Positions 13,991-26,015 are shown, counted from the first letter of the whole stretch. The stretch is 63,930 nucleotides of DNA, filler included, from Octopus bimaculoides (GCF_001194135.2; 3 parts of 3 records of this genome joined end to end with filler, not necessarily neighbours in it), one strand, 5' to 3'. A program made the numbers and translations. The notes: generated by a model from the sequence alone, not told the origin.

Positions 13991-16154
13991 TTGTTGCCTT
14001 GTTCCGGTGGGTTCACTCTGGGACTGTTACAAAGTAAATAAACAGTCTAACGACTAAAAACGAGAAGTGATTCATCGAAGTTTATCAGGTTCATTTCTGC
14101 AAACTCCGTTAGTACGGTTTTAACTGAGCAGAATTATACACTCATATATACACACGCGCGCAGACACTCTCACATACGTACACCACATGTACGCAAAGAC
14201 ATGCACAAGAGCGTATATTCATATATATGTGTATATACATATACATATGTATGTAAAGCAGTGTTGCTCTAATTAATTTTTAATTATTCATTGAGCATTC
14301 TGTGACAATTAACACGTTTCTATATAAGCTGAGTCCTCTAATCTGAAGCACACGTATAATCAGTAGGCGTGTAGGCGTATAGGCGTGTGTGTGAGTGCGT
14401 ATATATGTACGTGTGTGCATGTATGTGCATGCATGTGTGTGTATAAATATATGTATANNNNNNNNNNNNNNNNNNNNNNNNNNNNNNNNNNNNNNNNNNN
14501 NNNNNNNNNNNNNNNNNNNNNNNNNNNNNNNNNNNNNNNNNNNNNNNNNNNNNNNNNNNNNNNNNNNNNNNNNNNNNNNNNNNNNNNNNNNNNNNNNNNN
14601 NNNNNNNNNNNNNNNNNNNNNNNNNNNNNNNNNNNNNNNNNNNNNNNNNNNNNNNNNNNNNNNNNNNNNNNNNNNNNNNNNNNNNNNNNNNNNNNNNNNN
14701 NNNNNNNNNNNNNNNNNNNNNNNNNNNNNNNNNNNNNNNNNNNNNNNNNNNNNNNNNNNNNNNNNNNNNNNNNNNNNNNNNNNNNNNNNNNNNNNNNNNN
14801 NNNNNNNNNNNNNNNNNNNNNNNNNNNNNNNNNNNNNNNNNNNNNNNNNNNNNNNNNNNNNNNNNNNNNNNNNNNNNNNNNNNNNNNNNNNNNNNNNNNN
14901 NNNNNNNNNNNNNNNNNNNNNNNNNNNNNNNNNNNNNNNNNNNNNNNNNNNNNNNNNNNNNNNNNNNNNNNNNNNNNNNNNNNNNNNNNNNNNNNNNNNN
15001 NNNNNNNNNNNNNNNNNNNNNNNNNNNNNNNNNNNNNNNNNNNNNNNNNNNNNNNNNNNNNNNNNNNNNNNNNNNNNNNNNNNNNNNNNNNNNNNNNNNN
15101 NNNNNNNNNNNNNNNNNNNNNNNNNNNNNNNNNNNNNNNNNNNNNNNNNNNNNNNNNNNNNNNNNNNNNNNNNNNNNNNNNNNNNNNNNNNNNNNNNNNN
15201 NNNNNNNNNNNNNNNNNNNNNNNNNNNNNNNNNNNNNNNNNNNNNNNNNNNNNNNNNNNNNNNNNNNNNNNNNNNNNNNNNNNNNNNNNNNNNNNNNNNN
15301 NNNNNNNNNNNNNNNNNNNGGTGGTCAGTGATCTTGGGGCATATAATGTCCGGTCACACTTTGAGCTACAAGGTAACATTTAACCCATTACGCATGGCCG
15401 GGCCGTAAGCGACCAAACCGGCAACCATTCCAAGCCTGATTAGTAAAGAGGGTGGTTTCTGTTGGACATCCTGCCGGATGGTAAACAAAGCCTATTAAAA
15501 GACGAGTGAATTTAGAAGAATGAACGGGCATCCAACAACTAGAAATGAGAGATTGAATTATTATTTAGACATTTCTCTGGAAGAGATGTATGTGTAATTA
15601 TTTTAATTGAACCCAGCTCTCTACCACATATTTTCCTGAGTTCTTTGGAATTTGTTTGCAACAGAAAAGTTCATAAGACATGCATCGCCCTTCGTCAAAA
15701 GGAATTCAAAGATTAAGTTAGATATACAGCTACTCTTCCAAACCATTGAAAACCTCACATTATAAAAATAGACGATGATCCACGAGACTTACTCCGAAGT
15801 AGGTGTAATCAAAATTAATGCTCACACTACAATAAGCAAATATTTGATGCCTAGCTTAAGTAATTTCTGAAGAGGATTTCAAAAAGTATCACTACTAGTC
15901 TGGAGGGAATATAGCGCCCATGACCGTATGCAATTTTACCGAGGCTGGTAGGAAGAAGGGAGGAAAAGAATTCTCAAACCAGAAACTTGGCCTTCTCCAA
16001 GACAGTACGCTCCGCTAAAGACAACCAAGGTGCCAGTGATAGTGTTAAATCAGGAGACAGGTTGAGTCTACAAACAGACTAAAATTTAAAGCATATAACC
16101 TTACCTACAATCTACTAATGATCATTATAATTTATACCATAACGTGAAAGTTGT

Positions 16155-16583
16155 GCGAGGGGGTACCCAAAAGTAACCGGAAACGGTCTCTGCGGGAGAA
16201 GCCTGTTGTAGTTCAGGTTTCTACCGTCAGAACCCACTTGATGCGAACCTCAGGTATCAGTCTGCCGACCGGTGTCGTTGGGTGTAGTCCTACTGCCACG
16301 CGGTGTCTTTGTTTTGCAGTGCTTCTCCCTTGCTTATCGGTTTTTTTGCGATGACTGAAATGAAAGAACAACGTGCTTCCAAGAAATTCTCTTTTCTGCT
16401 GGAGAAAACGGTGACAAAAACAGTTGTCGCGCTTCAAACAGCGTACAAGGACGCTGCCATGAGCAAAACACAAGTTTACAAGTAGTTTCCACGCTTTAGG
16501 AATGGTCATTTGTCGCTTGAAGATCAACCTCGTTCAAGGCGTGCCTCAACCTCACGAACGAATGGAAACAACATGAAAATCCA
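16155..16583 (+). mobile_element. Mariner transposon 5' end (TIR + transposase N-terminus); remainder in gap
   Basis: TIR-like tgcgagggggtacccaaaagtaaccgg; MTEMKEQRASKKFSFLLEKTVTKTVVALQTAYKDAAMSKTQVYK*FPRFRNGHLSLEDQPRSRRASTS (one TAG where W is expected). Confidence 0.93.
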
Positions 16584-18511
16584 NNNNNNNNNNNNNNNNN
16601 NNNNNNNNNNNNNNNNNNNNNNNNNNNNNNNNNNNNNNNNNNNNNNNNNNNNNNNNNNNNNNNNNNNNNNNNNNNNNNNNNNNNNNNNNNNNNNNNNNNN
16701 NNNNNNNNNNNNNNNNNNNNNNNNNNNNNNNNNNNNNNNNNNNNNNNNNNNNNNNNNNNNNNNNNNNNNNNNNNNNNNNNNNNNNNNNNNNNNNNNNNNN
16801 NNNNNNNNNNNNNNNNNNNNNNNNNNNNNNNNNNNNNNNNNNNNNNNNNNNNNNNNNNNNNNNNNNNNNNNNNNNNNNNNNNNNNNNNNNNNNNNNNNNN
16901 NNNNNNNNNNNNNNNNNNNNNNNNNNNNNNNNNNNNNNNNNNNNNNNNNNNNNNNNNNNNNNNNNNNNNNNNNNNNNNNNNNNNNNNNNNNNNNNNNNNN
17001 NNNNNNNNNNNNNNNNNNNNNNNNNNNNNNNNNNNNNNNNNNNNNNNNNNNNNNNNNNNNNNNNNNNNNNNNNNNNNNNNNNNNNNNNNNNNNNNNNNNN
17101 NNNNNNNNNNNNNNNNNNNNNNNNNNNNNNNNNNNNNNNNNNNNNNNNNNNNNNNNNNNNNNNNNNNNNNNNNNNNNNNNNNNNNNNNNNNNNNNNNNNN
17201 NNNNNNNNNNNNNNNNNNNNNNNNNNNNNNNNNNNNNNNNNNNNNNNNNNNNNNNNNNNNNNNNNNNNNNNNNNNNNNNNNNNNNNNNNNNNNNNNNNNN
17301 NNNNNNNNNNNNNNNNNNNNNNNNNNNNNNNNNNNNNNNNNNNNNNNNNNNNNNNNNNNNNNNNNNNNNNNNNNNNNNNNNNNNNNNNNNNNNNNNNNNN
17401 NNNNNNNNNNNNNNNNNNNNNNNNNNNNNNNNNNNNNNNNNNNNNNNNNNNNNNNNNNNNNNNNNNNNNNNNNNNNNNNNNNNNNNNNNNNNNNNNNNNN
17501 NNNNNNNNNNNNNNNNNNNNNNNNNNNNNNNNNNNNNNNNNNNNNNNNNNNNNNNNNNNNNNNNNNNNNNNNNNNNNNNNNGGCTGGACATTTTTTATTC
17601 AAATCGTATGCATATTTCTCTTAGCTGTTTTTTTTTTTCAGTTTCAGTTTTTTAAATTTATTTTACTGTAAAAAAATCTACCCAAATATCGATAGTATTA
17701 GTATTGATCACCAGATGGCGTCTTCTTAGAAGCAAAGTAAAAGACGAATGCTTTTGACTGGAACCTTAAAACTCGCCGAAATATAACGTTTAAAAGTTAA
17801 AAGAATGAAAGTTGAGTGTCTTCTAATATAGCTCCAGGTTCACCAACAATTTGTGAGTAGGATTCGTAAATGGTGTCTGTAAAGAAATCAATCATATGAG
17901 TGTGTATGTGTATGTATATGTATGTATGTATGTATGCATGTATGTATTATGTAGGTAGGTAGGTAGGTAGGTAGGTAGGTAGGTAGGTAGGTAGGTAGGT
18001 AGGTATGTGTATGTATGCATATATTTGTATGTGTATAAGTGTATGAGTGTCATGCGATGTGTGTGTGTGATATGTTTGTGCATCAATAACAAACAAAAAC
18101 GGTGCATTGAAATACGTCTCTTCCTACAAACTTAGTCATTCGATCAATACGAATCGATAAAGCGTCAGTGTCGATATGATCAACAAAAACCCCTTTAATA
18201 TGGTGTCAATGACCGAAGCTAGTAAAAGAATTAAAAAGAATCGTTTCCGTTGTTTACCTTAACAAGAGGAAGTGCCTAAATAACTATTTCTCTTAGAAAT
18301 AGCAGCCAGGTTCCCCTCATACTTCACCATAGTCATTATTTTATAAAACGCAGTGATTATATATTGGAGATTATGTCCGAAGTGCAATGTGTCTGAATCA
18401 AAATGAAACAAGATGGTCCTTGCTAATACATCTTTAATCATTTGTCTTTATTCATGTCTGACTTAACCATTAGTTTATAAGACACAAATTATTTAATTTT
18501 ATGTTTCACAG

Positions 18512-18580
18512 TCTATGCAAAAAGGAATGAGAGATCCAAGACCACATCCAACAAAAGGCCACTCGATTGATTGGTATGAA
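18512..18580 (+). CDS. Candidate internal exon of unidentified host gene (SMQKGMRDPRPHPTKGHSIDWYE)
   Basis: Acceptor tttatgtttcacag, donor GAA|gtaatg, 69 bp, only one open frame, unique non-repeat sequence; protein not recognised. Confidence 0.35.
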
Positions 18581-18669
18581 GTAATGAATACGTCACCCTA
18601 AACATGATAAACTACATTTATCACGAATATAAAGGGGAAGGAGTCTTCTGCATCTCGAGAACTAAAAGA

Positions 18670-18739
<70 letters not shown>

Positions 18740-19264
18740 GTGTATGAAGAGAGACAAAAACAGCTTTCTATGCTGGAAGAAGTTAGAGAAATATAAGAGA
18801 AACAAAAGTCACAGACAGACGTGAAAGGGACTAGAGAACCAACGGACACAACTAACTGACATTGCAATATATGTGTCTGTATGAAGATATTACATATNNN
18901 NNNNNNNNNNNNNNNNNNNNNNNNNNNNNNNNNNNNNNNNNNNNNNNNNNNNNNNNNNNNNNNNNNNNNNNNNNNNNNNNNNNNNNNNNNNNNNNNNNNN
19001 NNNNNNNNNNNNNNNNNNNNNNNNNNNNNNNNNNNNNNNNNNNNNNNNNNNNNNNNNNNNNNNNNNNNNNNNNNNNNNNNNNNATATAGATATAGATATA
19101 TAGATATACATACATACATACATACATACATACATACATACATACATACATACATACATACATACATGCATACATACATACACACATACATATTATCAAT
19201 GCTGAAGGGAAAAGAAAATGGAGGAAAAATGGATGTGTGAATAATTTATTTGTATGTTATAAAA

Positions 19265-19637
19265 TGATGAACATTTCTTTTAAAAATCATAATAGTACAA
19301 ATAAATTGATTACAAGTTGTAAAGCTAAAAAAATAAAATAAAGAAACCTACATATATGTTTCAGTCCTATCACCTAGTCGATCAGAAGTTCTAAGTATTT
19401 GGTTAAATGCTAAGAAAGGTATCATATTCTAACTATATGGGGGTAGGACTTCTTCAGGGTTACTTTTGAGTTACCGGAACTTAGGTTAACATTTTTCTTT
19501 TGAAAGATGCATACAGAGTATTAGTGAGTTTAAGAAGTTAAAAACTATATATTGTATGTGTATCTAAGTGATGTGTATGCCATGTATTAGAAAACAAATA
19601 GATAAAATATGGATAAAGTTAAATCAACTACTGTTCT
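19265..19637 (+). pseudogene. Decayed PLE RT thumb-domain fragment
   Basis: Frameshifted translation: NISF..NKLITS..K, FQSYH(P), KGIIF(S)L..RTSS, F..RC(Y); resembles the canonical PLE thumb order T.VY.K..YL..S.HP..GI..SQ..R..S. Confidence 0.5.
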
Positions 19638-19673
19638 GATGACGCTTATTGAGGCAGAAATATGTGTACACAG
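19631..19673 (+). ncRNA. Type I hammerhead ribozyme-like motif (degenerate)
   Basis: ctgtt-CTGATGA-cgct/ggca (stem II, 3 pairs plus terminal mismatch)-GAAA-tatgtg-TA-cacag; stem I ctgt/acag with a mismatch next to the core. Confidence 0.55.
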
Positions 19674-20080
19674 CTGTACTTTTGTCTATAAAAAAAAAGA
19701 CATGTAGCGGCCTATTGCAGACTACCTTTTCATTTAGAGCATGTCAATTCTGGTTAATTCTTAATTCTTAAGATAATCTCCCCTTCACTTTTAGAGTTGA
19801 CCGCAGTTACTACTAGGCGTTTGTTTACCTTCCCTCAAATCAAAGTTAACTTTAGTAAATCAAGAATTAGAATTAATCTTACGTATTATGTAGTCCAACT
19901 TTCTTTGTTCTCCCGTCGAAACACATGCCACTGGTCAGTCTATTATTTCCCATGGCTCATTTTTGTTGATGTGTGTGTGTGCATGTGTGTGTATGTGTGT
20001 GTGTGTGTATATATATATATGTATATATATAATGTATGTATGTGTGTATGTGTTTGTGTGTGTGTATATATATATATATT

Positions 20081-20252
20081 AGGCGCAGGTGTGGCTGTGT
20101 GGTAAGTATCTTGCTTACCAACCACATGGTTCCAGGTTCAGTCCCACTGCGTGGCACCTTGGGCAAGTGTCTTCTACTATACCCTCAGACCGACCAAAGC
20201 TTTGTGAGTGGATTTGGTAGACGGAAACTGAAAGAAACCCGTCGTATATATG

Positions 20253-20285
<33 letters not shown>

Positions 20286-20347
20286 TTGTGTTTGTGTGTC
20301 TCTGTTTGTCCCCCCAACATCGCTTGACAACCGATGCTGGTGTGTTT
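20081..20347 (+). mobile_element. SINE family A, low divergence, 3' end lost in gap
   Basis: ggcgcaggtgtggctgtgtggtaag..ggttcagtccc..ttgggcaagtgtcttct..tttgtccccccaacatcgcttgacaacc. Confidence 0.92.
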
Positions 20348-21287
20348 NNNNNNNNNNNNNNNNNNNNNNNNNNNNNNNNNNNNNNNNNNNNNNNNNNNNN
20401 NNNNNNNNNNNNNNNNNNNNNNNNNNNNNNNNNNNNNNNNNNNNNNNNNNNNNNNNNNNNNNNNNNNNNNNNNNNNNNNNNNNNNNNNNNNNNNNNNNNN
20501 NNNNNNNNNNNNNNNNNNNNNNNNNNNNNNNNNNNNNNNNNNNNNNNNNNNNNNNNNNNNNNNNNNNNNNNNNNNNNNNNNNNNNNNNNNNNNNNNNNNN
20601 NNNNNNNNNNNNNNNNNNNNNNNNNNNNNNNNNNNNNNNNNNNNNNNNNNNNNNNNNNNNNNNNNNNNNNNNNNNNNNNNNNNNNNNNNNNNNNNNNNNN
20701 NNNNNNNNNNNNNNNNNNNNNNNNNNNNNNNNNNNNNNNNNNNNNNNNNNNNNNNNNNNNNNNNNNNNNNNNNNNNNNNNNNNNNNNNNNNNNNNNNNNN
20801 NNNNNNNNNNNNNNNNNNNNNNNNNNNNNNNNNNNNNNNNNNNNNNNNNNNNNNNNNNNNNNNNNNNNNNNNNNNNNNNNNNNNNNNNNNNNNNNNNNNN
20901 NNNNNNNNNNNNNNNNNNNNNNNNNNNNNNNNNNNNNNNNNNNNNNNNNNNNNNNNNNNNNNNNNNNNNNNNNNNNNNNNNNNNNNNNNNNNNNNNNNNN
21001 NNNNNNNNNNNNNNNNNNNNNNNNNNNNNNNNNNNNNNNNNNNNNNNNNNNNNNNNNNNNNNNNNNNNNNNNNNNNNNNNNNNNNNNNNNNNNNNNNNNN
21101 NNNNNNNNNNNNNNNNNNNNNNNNNNNNNNNNNNNNNNNNNNNNNNNNNNNNNNNNNNNNNNNNNNNNNNNNNNNNNNNNNNNNNNNNNNNNNNNNNNNN
21201 NNNNNNNNNNNNNNNNNNNNNNNNNNNNNNNNNNNNNNNNNNNNNNNNNNNNNNNNAATCTTACAGTACCAGTTAAAACACCTATGT

Positions 21288-21558
21288 TTATGTATGTAGA
21301 CGACGAGGGTTCCAGTTGATCCGATCAACGAGACAACATGCCTGTGAAATTATCATGCATGTGGCTGACAACTCGTGGCCGTAACCGTAGTTCTCGGGGA
21401 GATGCAGCGTGACACAAAGTATGACAAGGGTGGAACTTCTAAATAGAGCTGAGTCAACTGGAGCAATATGAAATAAAGTGTCTTGCTCAAGGACACAACG
21501 CGCCACCAGGAATCGAACTCACGTCCTTACTATCATGAGCTGAATACCCTAACCAATA
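21288..21558 (-). mobile_element. tRNA-derived SINE family C
   Basis: Reverse complement reads tggttagggtattcagctcatgatagtaaggacgtgagttcgattcc (A/B boxes), then gtgtccttgagcaagacacttt core. Confidence 0.85.
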
Positions 21559-21721
21559 TGTATTATATATAGAAAATACAAAATGGCACAAGAACGCAAA
21601 ACATCCAGACAGTTAGGTGATACAAAAAAAAGGGTCAACAAAACATCCAGATAGGCGATACAAAGAAACCAAGAACGGGTCATGCGGAGTTTTCTTTCCT
21701 CAGTGGAGTTCCACACATATA

Positions 21722-21765
21722 TACTGATAGATATATTAGATAGATAATTAGATAGATAGACAGAG

Positions 21766-21824
<59 letters not shown>

Positions 21825-21829
21825 CAGAG

Positions 21830-21890
<61 letters not shown>

Positions 21891-21950
21891 TGGAGAGAGA
21901 GAGAGAGAGNNNNNNNNNNNNNNNNNNNNNNNNNNNNNNNNNNNNNNNNN

Positions 21951-21988
<38 letters not shown>

Positions 21989-21995
21989 AGAGTGA
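21722..21995. repeat. (GATA)n/(GA)n microsatellite
   Basis: Read directly. Confidence 0.95.
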
Positions 21996-22629
21996 GAGAG
22001 AGAGGTGTCTGATGAGGAGGTTTGCCAACTTGTTTGTGTCGATGCACTTTAAAGCTGTTGTGTCGTTTGTCTTCTTTCAAAATGGTTGTCACACATTTGC
22101 TCCAGCACAACATTGTCACCAAACGTCAGGAAAGAGGAAAATGTCAAGTTGAAATATTTGTACTGATTAACCCCACACTGTTTGCTAGTCTCTAGTGTTT
22201 TTCAAGTCCGTCTGTTTACTTGTTTACCTATGTATGCACCTACATACCTATCTACGTACACACGCACATATGTGTGTGTATGTGAGTGAGTGAGTGAGTG
22301 AGTGTATGTGTATATGTGTGTGTGAGTGTGTTTGTGTCTATATAATTATGTGTGTGTATCAACGCGTGCGAATATCTATATATATAAATGTATGTTTTTA
22401 TGTGGGTTTTTAGTTCTTTAGTTCTCTTATTCGTTTTTGTCCACGTGGCTAAGGGCTTCATGAAACACCGTCATCATGTAATAAAAATCTGCATTGTACA
22501 CAGGGCGTCCACTTATAAAATTGCGGTTTGAATGCCATTATAAGAGTAACAGCCAAACATTTACTGTAAGGGTTCAATACTAATAGAAGTATGAAATAAA
22601 TGACTCGGTCTTAACTAAACTGTCATACT

Positions 22630-22829
22630 AATCTTACAGTACCAGTTAAAACACCTATGTTTATGTATGTAGACGACGAGGGTTCCAGTTGATCCGATCA
22701 ACGAGACAACATGCCTGTGAAATTATCATGCATGTGGCTGACAACTCGTGGCCGTAACCGTAGTTCTCGGGGAGATGCAGCGTGACACAAAGTATGACAA
22801 GGGTGGAACTTCTAAATAGAGCTGAGTCA
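22630..22829. repeat. Exact 200-bp copy of 21257-21456 (includes SINE-C 3' part)
   Basis: Base-for-base identity at offset 1373; the copies sit at the two ends of one contig. Confidence 0.95.
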
Positions 22830-23383
22830 NNNNNNNNNNNNNNNNNNNNNNNNNNNNNNNNNNNNNNNNNNNNNNNNNNNNNNNNNNNNNNNNNNNNNNN
22901 NNNNNNNNNNNNNNNNNNNNNNNNNNNNNNNNNNNNNNNNNNNNNNNNNNNNNNNNNNNNNNNNNNNNNNNNNNNNNNNNNNNNNNNNNNNNNNNNNNNN
23001 NNNNNNNNNNNNNNNNNNNNNNNNNNNNNNNNNNNNNNNNNNNNNNNNNNNNNNNNNNNNNNNNNNNNNNNNNNNNNNNNNNNNNNNNNNNNNNNNNNNN
23101 NNNNNNNNNNNNNNNNNNNNNNNNNNNNNNNNNNNNNNNNNNNNNNNNNNNNNNNNNNNNNNNNNNNNNNNNNNNNNNNNNNNNNNNNNNNNNNNNNNNN
23201 NNNNNNNNNNNNNNNNNNNNNNNNNNNNNNNNNNNNNNNNNNNNNNNNNNNNNNNNNNNNNNNNNNNNNNNNNNNNNNNNNNNNNNNNNNNNNNNNNNNN
23301 NNNNNNNNNNNNNNNNNNNNNNNNNNNNNNNNNNNNNNNNNNNNNNNNNNNNNNNNNNNNNNNNNNNNNNNNNNNNNNNNNNN

Positions 23384-23735
23384 CACAGCGCGGCACATTG
23401 GGCAACCCAAGCCTTGTGAGTGGATTTGGTAGCTGGAAACTGAAAGAAGCTCGTCGTATATATATGTATATATATGTATTTTCAATGGATCAGTTTTGAG
23501 CTCTATTTAAAGTTGATATATATGTGTGTATATATATATATGAATGTATTTGTGTGTCTGCATTTGTCCCCCTACCATCGCATGACAACCGGTGTTGGTG
23601 TGTTTACGCCCTCGTAATTTAGGGGTTCACCAAAGAGACCGACAGAATAAGTACTAGCTTACAAAGAATAAGTCCTGGGGTCGATTTGGTCGACTAAAGG
23701 CAGTGCTGAAATGATTGAAAGAATTAAAAGAATAG
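23384..23735 (+). mobile_element. SINE family A (head partly in gap)
   Basis: gcggcacattgggcaa..gagtggatttggtag..tttgtcccc..gggtcgatttggtcgactaaaggcagtgct. Confidence 0.9.
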
Positions 23736-23849
23736 AATATATGTATGTGTGTGTTGTGTGTGTATTTTCATATATACTGTAAGTATATATATATAATGTG
23801 AGTTTAGAGGCATATATTATCCGTTTAGAGGCATATATTATCAGTTATG

Positions 23850-24490
23850 CTCCAGGTTACGGCTAACCGCATCGATTAGTATATAACGTGTATACTCTAC
23901 TAGGAGTTGTCACTCACGCTGTAAATTCCTCTGATGGGTAATTCTGTATTCGGTTCTCTGGATGGTAATATTATCTGGAGTGTATATTTGCTATGATTAT
24001 ACTGATAGAAAATATAGAGACTTGTACATCCTCAAAATTTATTTCCTTTAATTTTACGGTTTGTCATACAGCTTATTTTTATGGCTACGACGACCAACAT
24101 GTGTTTCCACTGCACAGAGTATATGCAGCTGCATATAAAACCGGCATAATTTTCTGTGCAGCTTCGTTCAGGGTCTTTCATCCAGCTCGAAACCAAGCTG
24201 GTTGAAAGAAATTATTGCTAGGCCACTATTTATGACCATCCTTGTTTTCACTATAACCATGTAGTAACAATAAACATATAACGAAGCAGGGTAACAACAA
24301 CGTAACAATCCAACCATCTCTCCACGAACTATACACGAACCAACAAACGATATTCCGACAAACTACCAAAACGACACCTTACGACTTCCTGCGTTAATCC
24401 TATTCTCGTTCTCTCACTCAGATCGCTACTATTTATAGTCGTTCGTTCAAATCTATTCTCGTGGGGAATGTCGTGACTCTCGCCACAACA
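23850..24490 (-). mobile_element. Possible solo-LTR-like element
   Basis: Minus strand starts TGTTGTGG, TATAAATA about 55 nt in, internal hairpins; 3' CA end and TSD not identified. Confidence 0.25.
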
Positions 24491-25259
24491 GCATGTATGT
24501 ATGTATGTATGTATGTATGTATATGGCGGGCTTCTTTCAGTTCCCGTCTACCAAATCCACTTACAAGACTTTGGTGCGATCTTCTTACTACACAGCCACA
24601 TATATGTTATAGTAGAAAGGATTATTATCACCATTGTTGTTGCTGCTGTTGTTGTTTATTAGCAATAACATTGGTGTTCATTATTTTAGAAATAGAATAA
24701 GATTTTTTTTAGTTTTTCTTCCTACATAGCTAAGTGGTTCTTTGAATACATACATGCAAGTATTCAAAGTTAACAAATGCACCGCTAAAAAATACTCTAA
24801 CAACACATTTGCTATTTTCTGGGCCGTAGCTTACCGCTTTTATGTAGACGGAGATTCATAATCCATTATTATTCTACTTATTATAATACGAATTCCAAAT
24901 GGAATAATGACCATATTTCTTACATTACACAATGTTTTTAAACCAATACCTAAACCAGTATAACTCTGTAGTTCTTCATTTAATTTCTATACAACGGTTG
25001 AGTTATTAGTCGTTTAGTGTTGCTTACGTTGGTTAATATTCCAGCCATTCTTATTGTGTGTGTCTTGGGAATTGTCGTCAAGTTTATTGTGTTCTGCAAT
25101 GGTAGAGTTCGAGAAAATATTTATATTATCATATTCTGTGGCAAGTAAAATAGAGGTTCGTTATAACCACATGACTTTATATCTCCAGACAGGTAGCTAT
25201 ACATATATATCTATGTATATCTATGTACGAGTATAAATACACACACACACGCACACACA

Positions 25260-25301
<42 letters not shown>

Positions 25302-25686
25302 NNNNNNNNNNNNNNNNNNNNNNNNNNNNNNNNNNNNNNNNNNNNNNNNNNNNNNNNNNNNNNNNNNNNNNNNNNNNNNNNNNNNNNNNNNNNNNNNNNN
25401 NNNNNNNNNNNNNNNNNNNNNNNNNNNNNNNNNNNNNNNNNNNNNNNNNNNNNNNNNNNNNNNNNNNNNNNNNNNNNNNNNNNNNNNNNNNNNNNNNNNN
25501 NNNNNNNNNNNNNNNNNNNNNNNNNNNNNNNNNNNNNNNNNNNNNNNNNNNNNNNNNNNNNNNNNNNNNNNNNNNNNNNNNNNNNNNNNNNNNNNNNNNN
25601 NNNNNNNNNNNNNNNNNNNNNNNNNNNNNNNNNNNNNNNNNNNNNNNNNNNNNNNNNNNNNNNNNNNNNNNNNNNNNNNNNNNNNN

Positions 25687-25725
<39 letters not shown>

Positions 25726-25874
25726 ATACAGGCATATATTTTGTTTTTCCTTCTTGGACGGAGTCAAAAGACTCACGTCCACACAGCTCGGCTGCAGTAA
25801 GACAAGTGGCGACCAGAAACGGAATCGAGCTTCTTACCACCCCGCCACTTCTGCGCCTATCAAATTTTATATTA

Positions 25875-26015
25875 ATATTGGTTTCAAATGATGGCGCAAG
25901 GCCAGTATTTTTGGGAGAGGGTGAGAGTCAAATGCATCGACCCCTATTCTCGACTGCTACTTATTTTATTGACCCCGAAAGGACGAAAGGCAGAGTCAAT
26001 CTCGACGGAATTTGA
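25875..26015 (-). mobile_element. SINE family B, 3' portion
   Basis: ggcgcaaggccag..gaccccgaaaggacgaaaggcagagtcaatctcgacggaatttga matches 35891-36105. Confidence 0.8.

Noticed and set aside
18259-18441. ORF MIKDVLARTILFHF... with an acceptor-like site
   Set aside because: Its 3' part (ggtgaagtatgaggggaacctggctgctatttct) matches an interspersed repeat also seen near 51020 and 56180, and it stops before the donor.
21500-21558. tRNA genes at A/B-box-containing segments (also 20085, 34150, 36050)
   Set aside because: No complete cloverleaf; each continues into a multi-copy SINE body.
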